Assembly: GCA_039795595.1 (NCBI GenBank)
Contig: JBDKLL010000126.1
Span: 1 to 54,870 of the forward strand
Direction of reading: 5' to 3'
Length of the DNA: 54,870 bases
Source of the DNA: Pseudomonadota bacterium
GTDB taxonomy: Bacteria; Pseudomonadota; Alphaproteobacteria; Sphingomonadales; Sphingomonadaceae
Within the stretch, counting starts at the first letter, position 1, and each line of letters begins with the position of its first letter. Under the pieces are notes generated by a model. The model saw nothing but the letters and a program-made list of their open reading frames with translations, did not search any database and was not told the DNA's origin. This document shows, piece by piece, positions 1-10,752 of this stretch. A program made the position numbers and the translations under genes.

Positions 1-1904
1 TCGGTATCGACCTTGGCACCACCAACAGCTGCGTCGCCGTGATGGACGGCGGCAAGCCCAAGGTTATCGAAAATTCGGAAGGCGCGCGCACCACGCCGTC
101 GATCGTGGCGTTCACCAAGGACGGCGAACGCCTGATCGGGCAGCCGGCCAAGCGCCAGGCGGTGACCAATGGCGATAACACGATTTTCGCGGTGAAGCGC
201 CTGATCGGCCGCCGGTTCGACGATCCGATGACCAAGAAGGACATGGAACTCGTCCCCTATACCATCACCAAGGGCAAGAACGGCGACGCGTGGGTTGCGG
301 CCGGCGGCGAAGATTATTCGCCCAGCCAGATCAGCGCGTTCACGCTGCAGAAGATGAAGGAAACCGCCGAAAGCTATCTCGGCGAAACGGTGACGCAGGC
401 GGTGATTACCGTCCCGGCCTACTTCAACGATGCCCAGCGCCAGGCCACCAAGGACGCCGGCCAGATCGCGGGCCTCGAAGTGCTGCGCATCATCAACGAA
501 CCGACTGCGGCCGCGCTGGCTTATGGCCTCGACAAGAACGATGGCAAGACCATCGCGGTTTATGACCTTGGCGGCGGCACGTTCGATATCTCGATCCTCG
601 AAATCGGCGATGGCGTGTTCGAAGTGAAGAGCACCAACGGCGATACCTTCCTCGGCGGCGAAGATTTCGACACGCAAGTGGTCGAATATCTGGCCGAACA
701 GTTCAAGAAGAAGGAAGGTCTTGATCTGCGCACCGACAAGCTGGCCCTGCAGCGGCTTAAGGAAGCTGCCGAAAAGGCCAAGATCGAACTTTCGAGCGCG
801 CAGACTACCGAAATCAACCTGCCGTTCATCACCGCCCGCATGGAAGGCGGGGCAACCACGCCGCTGCACCTCGTGGAAACGATCACCCGCGCCGATCTGG
901 AACGCATGGTGGCCGATCTGATCAAGGGGACGATGGCCCCGTGTCAGAAGGCGCTGGCCGATGCCGGGCTGAAAGCCGCGGACATCGACGAAGTCGTGCT
1001 GGTCGGCGGGATGACCCGCATGCCCAAGGTGCGCGAAGCCGTGAAGGAATTCTTCGGCAAGGAACCGCACACCGGCGTGAACCCGGATGAAGTGGTGGCG
1101 ATGGGCGCGGCCATTCAGGCCGGCGTGCTGCAGGGCGATGTCAAGGACGTGTTGCTGCTCGACGTGACCCCGCTGTCGCTGGGGATCGAAACGCTGGGCG
1201 GCGTGTTCACCCGCATGATCGATCGCAACACCACGATCCCGACCAAGAAGAGCCAGGTGTTCTCGACCGCCGAGGATAACCAGCAGGCGGTGACGATCCG
1301 CGTGTTCCAGGGTGAGCGCGAAATGGCCAGCGACAACAAGATGCTGGGCCAGTTTGATCTGGTTGGCATCCCGGCCGCGCGCCGCGGCGTGCCGCAGATC
1401 GAAGTGACGTTCGATATCGACGCCAACGGCATCGTCAACGTTTCGGCCAAGGACAAGGGCACCGGCAAGGAGCAGCAGATCAAGATCCAGGCTTCGGGCG
1501 GGTTGTCGGATAACGACATCGAGCAGATGGTGCGCGATGCCGAAAAGTTTGCCGAAGAAGACAAGCAGCGACGCGAAGCGGCGGAAGCCAAGAACAACGC
1601 CGATAGCCTAGTTCATGCCACCGAACGCCAGTTGGAAGAAAACGGCGACAAGATCGACGCCGGCCTGAAGGCGGAAATCGAAGCCGCGATCGCGGCGGCC
1701 AAGACCGCGATTGAAGGCGGCGATCCGGCCGACATGACCGCCAAGACCCAGGCGCTCACCGAAGTGGCGATGAAGATGGGGCAGGCGATCTACGAACAGG
1801 AACAGGCCGGGGCCGCATCGCCGGGGGCAGATGCGCCGGGCGCTGATGCCGAAGACGTGGTCGACGCCGAATTTTCGGAAGTCGATGAAAACAACAAGGG
1901 CTGA
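1..1904 (+). CDS. dnaK: Molecular chaperone DnaK (5' end truncated by window)
   Basis: Frame from position 3 reads [14 protein letters not shown]; also [28 protein letters not shown] and [15 protein letters not shown] motifs. Confidence 0.99.
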   Translation, partial: GIDLGTTNSCVAVMDGGKPKVIENSEGARTTPSIVAFTKDGERLIGQPAKRQAVTNGDNTIFAVKRLIGRRFDDPMTKKDMELVPYTITKGKNGDAWVAAGGEDYSPSQISAFTLQKMKETAESYLGETVTQAVITVPAYFNDAQRQATKDAGQIAGLEVLRIINEPTAAALAYGLDKNDGKTIAVYDLGGGTFDISILEIGDGVFEVKSTNGDTFLGGEDFDTQVVEYLAEQFKKKEGLDLRTDKLALQRLKEAAEKAKIELSSAQTTEINLPFITARMEGGATTPLHLVETITRADLERMVADLIKGTMAPCQKALADAGLKAADIDEVVLVGGMTRMPKVREAVKEFFGKEPHTGVNPDEVVAMGAAIQAGVLQGDVKDVLLLDVTPLSLGIETLGGVFTRMIDRNTTIPTKKSQVFSTAEDNQQAVTIRVFQGEREMASDNKMLGQFDLVGIPAARRGVPQIEVTFDIDANGIVNVSAKDKGTGKEQQIKIQASGGLSDNDIEQMVRDAEKFAEEDKQRREAAEAKNNADSLVHATERQLEENGDKIDAGLKAEIEAAIAAAKTAIEGGDPADMTAKTQALTEVAMKMGQAIYEQEQAGAASPGADAPGADAEDVVDAEFSEVDENNKG

Positions 1905-1919
1905 AAGCTGTGAACTCCA

Positions 1920-1954
1920 CCCGTCATGTCGGCGCGTTGCCCCGGCATGACGGG
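1920..1954 (+). repeat. 13-bp stem-loop between dnaK and dnaJ
   Basis: cccgtcatgtcgg-N9-ccggcatgacggg with one G.U pair and no U-tract. Confidence 0.6.
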
Positions 1955-1974
1955 GACGGGGCTGGGGTGCGATC

Positions 1975-3117
1975 ATGGCGGTTGATGCCGATTTTTACGA
2001 ACTGCTCGAAGTCGAGCGCACGGCGGACGATGCGACGATCAAGTCCTCGTTTCGCAAGCTGGCCATGCGCTGGCACCCGGACAAGAACCCGGGCGATGGC
2101 GATGCGGAAAACCGCTTCAAGGCGATCAACGAAGCCTATGATTGCCTGAAAGACCCGCAAAAACGCGCTGCCTATGACCAGTTCGGCCATGAAGCCTTCA
2201 AGAACGGCGGAATGGGTGGGCCGGGTGGCGGGCACGGTGGCGGTGCCGGTTTTTCCGATATCGGCGATATCTTCGAAACGATTTTCGGCAGCGCGTTCGG
2301 CGGTGGCGGTGGTGGACGCCAGCAGGCCCGCCGCGGTGCCGATTTGCGGTACGATATGGAAATCGGGCTGGACGAAGCCTTCCATGGCAAGACCACCCAG
2401 ATCGAAATCGAAGTTTCTTCGCGGTGCGATCCGTGTGACGGATCTGGCGCTGAACCCGGCACGGGAACCCGCCGCTGCAACTTGTGCGGCGGGCACGGTC
2501 AGGTGCGGGCGCAGCAAGGTTTCTTCATGGTCGAACGGACCTGCCCCACCTGTCAGGGGCGGGGCGAGGTTATCGAAAAGCCGTGCAAGGCCTGTCGCGG
2601 GGCCGGCCGGGTCGACAAGGCCCAGAAGGTCGATGTCACGATTCCGCCGGGGGTCGATACCGGCACCCGGCTGCGGCTTGCCGGCAAGGGCGAAGCCGGG
2701 CCGTTTGGTTCGCCACCGGGTGATCTTTACATTTTCCTTCACATCCGCCGCCATGCGGTGTTCGAACGCGATGGCACGGCGCTGATTACCCGCGTGCCAA
2801 TCACGTTCACCACGGCCGCATTGGGCGGGGAGATCGAAATCCCGGGGCTGGATGGTGATCGGATCGCGATTGATATTCCCGCGGGTATCCAGTCGGGCAA
2901 GCAATTGCGCAAACGTGGTGCTGGGATGCCGGTGCTGCAAGGGCGCGGGCGCGGCGATCTGGTGGTGGAAATCATGGTCGAAACGCCGACCCGCCTGACC
3001 AGCCGCCAGAAGGACTTGCTGCGCGAATTGCAGGAAACCGAAACCGGTGAAGAATGCCCGCAGTCCAAGGGCTTTTTCGATCGCCTGAAGGACGCGTGGA
3101 ACGATCTGACCGAATAA
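1975..3117 (+). CDS. dnaJ: Chaperone DnaJ
   Basis: J-domain HPD, G/F-rich region, four CxxCxGxG repeats; follows dnaK. Confidence 0.99.
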   Translation: MAVDADFYELLEVERTADDATIKSSFRKLAMRWHPDKNPGDGDAENRFKAINEAYDCLKDPQKRAAYDQFGHEAFKNGGMGGPGGGHGGGAGFSDIGDIFETIFGSAFGGGGGGRQQARRGADLRYDMEIGLDEAFHGKTTQIEIEVSSRCDPCDGSGAEPGTGTRRCNLCGGHGQVRAQQGFFMVERTCPTCQGRGEVIEKPCKACRGAGRVDKAQKVDVTIPPGVDTGTRLRLAGKGEAGPFGSPPGDLYIFLHIRRHAVFERDGTALITRVPITFTTAALGGEIEIPGLDGDRIAIDIPAGIQSGKQLRKRGAGMPVLQGRGRGDLVVEIMVETPTRLTSRQKDLLRELQETETGEECPQSKGFFDRLKDAWNDLTE

Positions 3118-3143
3118 GATACAGTGTGGCTGGCCGGCGCGGA

Positions 3144-5468
3144 TCAGCTCATCCGCGCCGCGATTTCAGCCGTAACTGCCGGGATCAGGGCCGGGTCGGC
3201 ATTCAATCGCCCGGTTTCCTCTGCCAACACCGCCAGAAACGCCTCGTGCTTGAACTGCATGATTTCGGCAGGATCAAGCTGCATTCCAGCCGGCAGGGCA
3301 GACGTGATCAGATCAACCATCCGTTCTGCGCCGTTCAACCGGCCCCACAAGTAATCGTTTTCGCGGTAAGCGCGGCTGAAGAACGCGCCGAAGTTGTAAA
3401 ATTCGGTTCCGCGCAGCACCGATGATGGTGCGTCCGGGCGGATTGCGGTGCAATCGACCGGGGAAATCCGATCGACCTTGACCGGTTCCAGTTCCCCTCC
3501 TTGTTCGCTGTGCAGCAAGGGCAGGGTAACCGTGTCGTAGAACGGAAACCCCAGATAGGTCAGCATGATCCGCCGGCGCAATTCACGCGGAACGTCGGCC
3601 AAGCTTTGCACCAACAGGGCATCAACCACGACATCGGTGGCGCTTAATTGCCGGCGATTGGCAATCGTTTCCAGCACCAGTCCCGGATCGCTGAAGACCT
3701 GCCGGGCGATGTCGGCAAAATCACCGCCCAGCGCATTCGCGCCTTCACGATCGAAATAGAGGCCCAGCGCGCGATAAACCCCGCTGCGGGCTTGTTCGCG
3801 CACGTCCTGGGCAAAATTGTCGAGATCGGCCCAGTCTTCTGAAAGTCGCCGCACCAGCAGCCGCAACCGGCGGATGCGGAAACCAAGGTCGTGGTTGCGG
3901 AAAAACGCGACTGCCGCCGGGCTGGCTCCGCCACCCGGCGCGTTGATCGTGTCCAGTCCGCCTGCGCGCGCGAGCCAGTCTGCCAGATAATCGGCAATCG
4001 GCGCTGCGTTGCTCAATGCCAGATCGGGTGCGGCAGCGAGGATCGTTTCGGCAAGGTCGTTCAGGATGCCGGAAAGTTTGACCTGGCCATAGGCCTGAAA
4101 CGCGAATCCGGCGCGTTCGGCGGCGGCTTGCTGGGCCTTGCCACGCCAATTGGACAGCCGCTTTACCGTGGGCTGATCAAAGAACAAGGTGCGGCCGAAC
4201 AGTTGGTCAACGGTCTGTTCGATGTCTGATCGCAGGCTATCGACCACGTGTTTGAGCGTGCTGAGATCGCGCGACCGGCGTTCCAGTTCCTCAAGGTTAT
4301 CGCGCACCGGTTGTTCGCGCGGGATCGAGGATAGCGAGCCAAAAATTACCGAGAAGAACCCCGGTGCGCGCGGATCGGATTTGCGCTGGCCGCCCACTTG
4401 ATCAGGATGCGGATCGATATAGAGCAAACGCCGGTCAACTTCGCGTTGGGCGGGGCGATCGCGCAGCACGCTCATGGCTTCGGCAAACGGCGCGTTGACC
4501 AGCACCGATCCGTCGATCAGGGCAACATGGTCCAGATCGCCGCGTCCGGCGTGTTCGGGCATGACCCGGTGGGTGAAAGCGGCGCGGCTGGTCCATGGTT
4601 CGCCCCGTTCCATCGCCAGCGCATCGATTTCCGCCAGCCCCAGCGCGGGGAACGCACCCGGAAAACTGGCGGTGGCGCGGGCTGCGAAAATCAGTTCCAG
4701 CGCGGGGGCCAGTGGCTTGCCGCCGGTTTCCGGGGCTGCGCTGCGGAACCCGATCGACAGGCGGTGCTCGCTTTCCTCGATTTGGGCGGGGCTGTTCAGT
4801 CGCAAGGTTTCGGTATGCCCCTTGAAGTCGGTTGCGGTCACGAACAGATCAAGCGGGTGACCGGGCGGCAGCAGCGGCGCATCACTTCCGCCATGGGCCA
4901 TCAGGTCGAAGGCCTTGGCCAGCAGGCGCGAAAAGCCCAGCCCGCCGAACGGGGGTTCGAACCAGCGCGAACGGATCAGGCGCGATAGCTTGGCCCGAAC
5001 TTCGTGGCGGGTTTCCGGGGCCACGCTGGTGGAAATGACGTTGCCCGGCCGCTTGAGCATCCAGTACACCAGCGGCATCGCCCAGAATTTGGTGAAACGC
5101 GACCACGGCCGGGCATCGGGATCAAGCAGCACATCAACATCGGCGGTTTCCAGCCACAGGCTGGTCAGCGGTTCGAGGCTTTGGCCTGAATGGATCGCTT
5201 GCGCCAGAAAGATGCCATTGATCCCGCCTGCCGAAGCCCCGGCAACGATATCGGGCAAGACCCACAGCCGCAAATTGTGATGGGTGGCAATGCGTTGCAG
5301 CAGCCGCAGGTAAACGGCTTCGCTGCCACCGGGGGGAACTGCTCCGCCGTGATGGGCGCGGCTGGCGCGGGCCAGTTTCCACAGCTCTTTGGTGACGCCG
5401 TGCATATAGACGGCCAAGCTAACCCCGCCATAGCAGACCAGCGCGATCCTGAGTTCCTTGTGGCGCAT
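3144..5468 (-). CDS. Patatin-related protein with DUF3376-type C-terminus
   Basis: MRHKELRIALVCYGGVSLAVYMHG, GASAG nucleophile elbow, DGS motif, C-terminal NFGAFFSRAYRENDYLWGRL; start moved to ATG at 5468. Confidence 0.85.
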   Translation of the reverse strand: MRHKELRIALVCYGGVSLAVYMHGVTKELWKLARASRAHHGGAVPPGGSEAVYLRLLQRIATHHNLRLWVLPDIVAGASAGGINGIFLAQAIHSGQSLEPLTSLWLETADVDVLLDPDARPWSRFTKFWAMPLVYWMLKRPGNVISTSVAPETRHEVRAKLSRLIRSRWFEPPFGGLGFSRLLAKAFDLMAHGGSDAPLLPPGHPLDLFVTATDFKGHTETLRLNSPAQIEESEHRLSIGFRSAAPETGGKPLAPALELIFAARATASFPGAFPALGLAEIDALAMERGEPWTSRAAFTHRVMPEHAGRGDLDHVALIDGSVLVNAPFAEAMSVLRDRPAQREVDRRLLYIDPHPDQVGGQRKSDPRAPGFFSVIFGSLSSIPREQPVRDNLEELERRSRDLSTLKHVVDSLRSDIEQTVDQLFGRTLFFDQPTVKRLSNWRGKAQQAAAERAGFAFQAYGQVKLSGILNDLAETILAAAPDLALSNAAPIADYLADWLARAGGLDTINAPGGGASPAAVAFFRNHDLGFRIRRLRLLVRRLSEDWADLDNFAQDVREQARSGVYRALGLYFDREGANALGGDFADIARQVFSDPGLVLETIANRRQLSATDVVVDALLVQSLADVPRELRRRIMLTYLGFPFYDTVTLPLLHSEQGGELEPVKVDRISPVDCTAIRPDAPSSVLRGTEFYNFGAFFSRAYRENDYLWGRLNGAERMVDLITSALPAGMQLDPAEIMQFKHEAFLAVLAEETGRLNADPALIPAVTAEIAARMS

Positions 5469-5572
5469 GCTCGGGTTGTGCCAGATTTTGATCAGGCAAT
5501 CCAACTACCTTGATGGAGTGCGGTGCCGTTGCAGGCTTGCGTTCTGTATTCGTTCTCATTATCGCGGTGCCC

Positions 5573-6943
5573 ATGGTCAAACCCAAACGCCGCTATGTCT
5601 GTGCCGCTTGCGGCAGTGTTGCGTCCCGCTGGCAGGGGCAATGCGCCGATTGCGGCGAATGGAACACGTTGGCCGAAGAAGCCCCGGCAACGGTCTTTTC
5701 CCAAAAGCACGATTTGTCGAGCGGGGGGCGCGCGATCCAGTTCGAACCGCTGGATATGCCGGGCAAGGCGTTGCTGCGCCGGTCAACCAAGATTGCCGAA
5801 CTGGACCGGGCGCTGGGCGGCGGGTTGGTGCCGGGCAGTGCGATCCTGATGGGCGGGGATCCGGGCATCGGCAAATCGACCCTGCTGTTGCAAGCCGCGG
5901 CAAAGATTGCGCTGGCGGGCGGCAGTACAGTTTACATCAGCGGCGAAGAAGCCGCCGGGCAAGTGCGGATGCGGGCTGAACGACTGGGCCTTGCCGCGGC
6001 GCCGATCGCGCTGGCCGCGGCCTCATCGGTGCGGGATATCTTGACCACGCTGGGCCAGATGGCGCCGCCGGATCTGCTGGTGATCGATTCGATCCAGACC
6101 ATGCATTCCGATCAGATCGAAGGCGCGCCCGGCACCGTCAGCCAGGTGCGGGCCGCTGCGTTCGAACTGATCCGTTATGCCAAGGAAAATGGCGTTGCGC
6201 TGGTGCTGGTCGGGCACGTCACCAAGGATGGCAGCATTGCCGGGCCGCGCGTGCTGGAACACATGGTCGACGTGGTGATGAGCTTTGAAGGCGAACGCAG
6301 CCACCAGTACCGGATCCTGCGCTGCATCAAGAACCGGTTCGGGCCGGTCGATGAAATTGGCGTGTTCGCGATGGAAGGGCAGGGCTTGGCCGAAGTGGGC
6401 AATCCTTCGCTGCTGTTCCTGTCCGGGCGCGATCAGCCGATTGCCGGTAGTGCGGTGTTCCCGGCGATCGAAGGAACCCGGCCGGTGCTGGTGGAAATTC
6501 AGGCACTGATCGTGCGGCTGCAAAGCGGGGCCACCCCGCGCCGCGCGGTGGTGGGGTGGGACAGTGGCCGATTGGCCATGCTGCTGGCGGTGCTTGAAGC
6601 CCGCTGCGGGCTGAATTTTTCGTCGGCGGAAGTCTACCTTAACGTCGCAGGGGGCTATCGATTGGCCGATCCGGCAGCCGATCTGGCGGTGGCGGCGGCG
6701 CTGGTTTCGGCGCTGGCGGACAAGCCGCTGGGGGCCGATGCGGTGTGGTTCGGCGAAGTCTCGCTGGCCGGTGAAATCCGGCCAGTGGCCCATGCTGGCA
6801 TCCGCCTGCGCGAAGCGGCCAAGCTGGGTTTTGGCAATGCCTTTGGCCCGGCCGATGGCGCGCGCGGCGGGGGCGAAGGCGCGCGCTTTACCGCGCTTGG
6901 CCTGCTGCCAAATCTCGTTGACCGGGTTATGGGCGGGGCCTAG
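5573..6943 (+). CDS. radA: DNA repair protein RadA/Sms
   Basis: CxxC..CxxC zinc finger, GDPGIGKST Walker A, KNRFG motif; start at MVKPKRRY. Confidence 0.97.
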   Translation: MVKPKRRYVCAACGSVASRWQGQCADCGEWNTLAEEAPATVFSQKHDLSSGGRAIQFEPLDMPGKALLRRSTKIAELDRALGGGLVPGSAILMGGDPGIGKSTLLLQAAAKIALAGGSTVYISGEEAAGQVRMRAERLGLAAAPIALAAASSVRDILTTLGQMAPPDLLVIDSIQTMHSDQIEGAPGTVSQVRAAAFELIRYAKENGVALVLVGHVTKDGSIAGPRVLEHMVDVVMSFEGERSHQYRILRCIKNRFGPVDEIGVFAMEGQGLAEVGNPSLLFLSGRDQPIAGSAVFPAIEGTRPVLVEIQALIVRLQSGATPRRAVVGWDSGRLAMLLAVLEARCGLNFSSAEVYLNVAGGYRLADPAADLAVAAALVSALADKPLGADAVWFGEVSLAGEIRPVAHAGIRLREAAKLGFGNAFGPADGARGGGEGARFTALGLLPNLVDRVMGGA

Positions 6944-6953
6944 ATCCGGGCGG

Positions 6954-7508
6954 ATGAGCGGCTTTGATATTGCAATCGTGATCGTGCTGGGGCTGGGCGC
7001 CATCATGGGGTTCTGGCGCGGCTTCGTGCAGGAAGTGCTGGCGCTGGCGGCGTGGGTTCTTTCGCTGTTTGCCATCCACACTTTTCACACCGTGTTGAGC
7101 GCGCGGATCGAACCGGCGATCGGCAGTGCATCCGGCGCGGCGGTGCTGGCCTTTGCGCTGTTGTTGCTGGTGCCGTTCGGAGTGGTGCGGTTTCTGGCCA
7201 ACCGGATCGGCGAGGCCAGCCGCAATTCGGTGCTTGGCCCGATCGATCGGGTGATCGGGTTCGGGTTTGGCGCGATCAAGGGCATGGTCATCGCAGTGGT
7301 CGGCTTTTCGTTGCTGGTGCTGGCCTATGATACGATCTGGGGTGCCGGCGGACGGCCCGAATGGATCACCACGGCGCGGACGTATCCGTTCATTAATGCC
7401 GCCAGCGAAAAGCTGGTGGTGATGATCGGCGAACGCCGGCAGGAAGCCGCAGCGGCCGAGGCAGAACGCCTGTCGGCCGCACCATCGCCTTCGCTCAAGG
7501 ACCGGTGA
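6954..7508 (+). CDS. cvpA: CvpA family membrane protein
   Basis: MSGFDIAIV..GFWRGFVQEVL..DRVIGFGFGAIKG; directly downstream of radA. Confidence 0.9.
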   Translation: MSGFDIAIVIVLGLGAIMGFWRGFVQEVLALAAWVLSLFAIHTFHTVLSARIEPAIGSASGAAVLAFALLLLVPFGVVRFLANRIGEASRNSVLGPIDRVIGFGFGAIKGMVIAVVGFSLLVLAYDTIWGAGGRPEWITTARTYPFINAASEKLVVMIGERRQEAAAAEAERLSAAPSPSLKDR

Positions 7509-7942
7509 TGACCGGCGCGGCTGCGCTCTATTCGCCCGCTGTGCTGGCGTTGGCCACTGGATTGGCGGCGATTCCGCTGGATGATGGATTGCCGCTGCGT
7601 GGATCGGCGCGTTCGCCGGCGTGCGGCAGCACGATCGAACTGGGATTGGCGCTGGACGCAGCCGGCCGGATCGCACGGATTGGGGTTAAGGCCCATTCCT
7701 GCGCCATCGGGCAGGCGGCCGCAGCAGTGTTTGCCGGCGGCGCACAGGGGCTTCGCACTGCTGATCTGATTGATGCGCTGGGCGCGCTTGAAGCATGGCT
7801 GGCTGGAACCGGCGCGCAGCCGGCGTGGCCGGGGCTGGATGCTCTGGCCGCGGCGCACGGGTATCCGGGCCGGCACGGGGCGTTGCTGCTGCCGTGGCGG
7901 GCCGCATTGGATGCGCTGGCCAGCGCCGGTCTGGCGCGCTAG
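7508..7942 (+). CDS. NifU/IscU-like Fe-S scaffold-domain protein
   Basis: RSPACGSTI and SCAIGQAAA motifs. Confidence 0.75.
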   Translation: MTGAAALYSPAVLALATGLAAIPLDDGLPLRGSARSPACGSTIELGLALDAAGRIARIGVKAHSCAIGQAAAAVFAGGAQGLRTADLIDALGALEAWLAGTGAQPAWPGLDALAAAHGYPGRHGALLLPWRAALDALASAGLAR

Positions 7943-7976
7943 AGCAGCACCAATTGTGAAGGGGGAACACCAAGGC

Positions 7977-9602
7977 ATGAGCGAACCGGCACGGCATCCG
8001 CACGTGGCGCCCAGCGCGTCTGATATGAGGCTGGTGATCGGCGCTTCGGCGGCCGGCACGGTGTTCGAATGGTACGATTTCTTCATTTACGGGACGCTTG
8101 GCGCGATTCTGTCGAAAACGTTTTTTCCCACCGGTAATGCCACGCTGGAAATGTTGCTGTTCTGGCTGGTGTTCGCGGTGGGCTTTGGGTTCCGCCCGCT
8201 GGGTGCGGTGCTGTTCGGGTTTCTGGGCGACCGGTTGGGCCGCAAGTATACTTTCCTTGTCACGGTTACGCTGATGGGGATCGCCACCGCCGGGGTAGGC
8301 CTGATCCCTTCGGCGCAAAGCATCGGGTTGTGGGCACCGGCGCTGGTGATCCTGTTGCGGATCATGCAGGGGCTGGCGCTGGGCGGCGAATATGGCGGTG
8401 CGGCAGTGTATGTGGCCGAACACGCGGCCACGGCCCGGCGCGGCTATTTCACCAGCTACATTCAGGCCGGGGTGGTTGGCGGATTTGTGTTGAGCCTGAT
8501 CGTGGTGCTGGCCTGCAAGGCGCTGATGAGCGTGGAGACGTGGAACGCATGGGGCTGGCGCGTGCCGTTCCTGCTCAGCCTTGCGTTGCTGGGCATTTCG
8601 CTGTGGATGCGGGTCAAGCTTTCGGAAAGCCCGGTGTTTCAGGCGATGAAGGAAGAAGGCGAAATCGCCGGCAATCCGTTTGTTGAAAGCTTTACCTATC
8701 CGGGTAATCGCAAGCGGATTTTCATCGCGCTGTTCGGGATTTCTGCGGGCCTGACGGTGATCTGGTACACTTCGATGTTTTCGGGGCTGTCGTTCCTCAA
8801 ACAGGCGATGCACGTCGAAGATACCGTGGCGGAAATCATCGTCGGTCTGGCGGCGCTGATCGGGATGGGGCTGTATGTCTATTTCGGGCACCTGTCGGAC
8901 CGGGTAGGGCGCAAGCGGCCAATCGTGATCGGTTATGCGCTGACGCTGCTGTTATTGTTCCCGACATATTGGTTCATCGGGGCTGTGGCCAAAGACCCAG
9001 CCCAGCAGACCGCGGTGGAATGGACCATCCGCGGCCCGGATTGCACTTATAACCCGTTTGCCACCGTGCAGGCCACCAGTTGCGCCAAGTTGATGGGCGA
9101 TTTTGCCGGGGCCGGGGTGCCTTATACGTTGGCCAAGGGAGATCGGCTCGAACTCGTCGCGGGCACGGATACGGTCTATCCGCTCGATGCGATCGACTGG
9201 AGCGATGCCAAGGCGCGCAAGGCCCAGATCGAAGCCACCGTCGGTGGGACGGTGTTCAATTTTGCCAAGCACGTGCCATCGTTCGGGCAGGCGGCACTGA
9301 TCGTGGCCGGGTTGGTGCTGCTGATGGCGCTTTCAGCGGCCACGTATGGACCGGTGGCGGCGCTGCTGGCGGAAATGTTCCCGGCGCGCGTGCGGTATAG
9401 TTCGATGTCGATTCCGTATCACATCGGCACGGGTTACTTTGGCGGATTCCTGCCATTCATCGCCAGTTATATCGTGGCGCGAACCGGTGATCCCTATTCC
9501 GGGCTGTGGTACACGTGGGTCGTGGTGCTGGTGGCGTTCGTGGTTTCGCTCTGGGGGCTGAAGGGCGGCTTGCCGCGCGATTACGGTGATGATGCTGCCT
9601 GA
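7977..9602 (+). CDS. MFS transporter, metabolite:H+ symporter family
   Basis: GTVFEWYDFFIY, GDRLGRK, QGLALGGEYGGA, WGWRVPF; ATG at 7977. Confidence 0.92.
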   Translation: MSEPARHPHVAPSASDMRLVIGASAAGTVFEWYDFFIYGTLGAILSKTFFPTGNATLEMLLFWLVFAVGFGFRPLGAVLFGFLGDRLGRKYTFLVTVTLMGIATAGVGLIPSAQSIGLWAPALVILLRIMQGLALGGEYGGAAVYVAEHAATARRGYFTSYIQAGVVGGFVLSLIVVLACKALMSVETWNAWGWRVPFLLSLALLGISLWMRVKLSESPVFQAMKEEGEIAGNPFVESFTYPGNRKRIFIALFGISAGLTVIWYTSMFSGLSFLKQAMHVEDTVAEIIVGLAALIGMGLYVYFGHLSDRVGRKRPIVIGYALTLLLLFPTYWFIGAVAKDPAQQTAVEWTIRGPDCTYNPFATVQATSCAKLMGDFAGAGVPYTLAKGDRLELVAGTDTVYPLDAIDWSDAKARKAQIEATVGGTVFNFAKHVPSFGQAALIVAGLVLLMALSAATYGPVAALLAEMFPARVRYSSMSIPYHIGTGYFGGFLPFIASYIVARTGDPYSGLWYTWVVVLVAFVVSLWGLKGGLPRDYGDDAA

Positions 9603-10635
9603 TCCTGCACCTTCTGCGCTGCGCCTGACGATCGACGCGGCGGCCTTGGCTGCCAACTGGCGGGCGCTCGATCGGTTGTCGGGTGCCGCTGCTGCCGGTG
9701 CGGCGGTAAAGGCTGATGCTTATGGTTTGGGCGCGGCGCGCTGTGTGCCGGTGCTGGCTGCGGTGGGCTGCCGCGATTTCTTTGTTGCGCACACTGCCGA
9801 GGCGGTGGCCTTGGCGGGATTGGTTCCAGCCGGGCAGGTGTCGGTGCTGCACGGGCCGCACGATGCCGCCGAAGCCGCGCTGCTGCGCGATCTGGGCGTG
9901 CGCCCGGTGATCAATTCGCTGCGGCAGGCGGCACTGTGGCACGCGGCGGGCGGCGGCGCGTGCGATCTGATGGTCGATACCGGGATTAACCGGCTTGGCG
10001 TGACACTGGCCGAACTGGGCGATCCTGTGATTGCCGGGCTGGCGGTTCAGGGGCTGCTATCGCACCTTGCCTCGGCCGAGGATGACCCGCCGCTTAACGC
10101 CCGTCAATTGGCGCAGTGGCAATCGGCCCGGGCGGCCGTGCCACACCACCAGGCCAGTCTGGCGAACAGCGCCGGGATCATGCTGGGGGCAGACTATCAC
10201 GGCGATCTGACCCGGCCGGGGATTGCGCTTTATGGCGGGGTGCCATGCGCCGCGCTGGATGGCGTCATCGCGCAAGTGGCCCGGCCGGAAGCCGTGGTGA
10301 TGCAGGTCCGCAACGTCAGCGCGGGTGAAGGGGTGGGCTATAACCACACCTTCACGGCCAGCGCCGCGATGCGGGTTGGCGTGGTCAGCATTGGTTATGC
10401 GGACGGGTATCTGCGGTGCTGGTCGGGGAAGGGCGCGATGCTTGCCAGTGGGCAGCGCTTGCCGGTGCTGGGCCGCGTTTCGATGGATATGACCGTGATC
10501 GATCTGACCCACGCGGCAGATGTGCACGAAGGCGATTGGGTGGGGGTGGACTATGCCCTGCCGCAAGCCGCGGCGATCAGCGGCCTGTCGCAGTATGAAT
10601 TGCTGACCTTGCTGGGCACCCGGTTCGCGCGGTAA
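9586..10635 (+). CDS. alr: Alanine racemase
   Basis: AVKADAYGLG PLP lysine, DTGINRLG, RPGIALYG, GYADG, GRVSMD. Confidence 0.95.
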   Translation: MMMLPDPAPSALRLTIDAAALAANWRALDRLSGAAAAGAAVKADAYGLGAARCVPVLAAVGCRDFFVAHTAEAVALAGLVPAGQVSVLHGPHDAAEAALLRDLGVRPVINSLRQAALWHAAGGGACDLMVDTGINRLGVTLAELGDPVIAGLAVQGLLSHLASAEDDPPLNARQLAQWQSARAAVPHHQASLANSAGIMLGADYHGDLTRPGIALYGGVPCAALDGVIAQVARPEAVVMQVRNVSAGEGVGYNHTFTASAAMRVGVVSIGYADGYLRCWSGKGAMLASGQRLPVLGRVSMDMTVIDLTHAADVHEGDWVGVDYALPQAAAISGLSQYELLTLLGTRFAR

Positions 10636-10660
10636 TGCTGCGCCCAATACGGCGCAGCAT
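10635..10660. promoter_or_regulatory. Putative PhaR autoregulatory operator
   Basis: Perfect 10-bp inverted repeat atgctgcgcc-caatac-ggcgcagcat followed by a TGC-rich tract, upstream of phaR. Confidence 0.5.
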
Positions 10661-10752
10661 GATTTGTTGCATTGCCGTTGCTGCGAGTGCTAACGTTGCA
10701 GGCAGGGGACGTTACCCGACAAGGGGGCAGGCCCGAGAGGGGGACAAGCACC

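Noticed and set aside
7770-7976. N-terminal extensions in the ORF track (MFS; also radA, cvpA, phaR, usp, ispDF, hfq)
   Set aside because: They overlap upstream genes or promoter regions; downstream ATGs match family N-termini better
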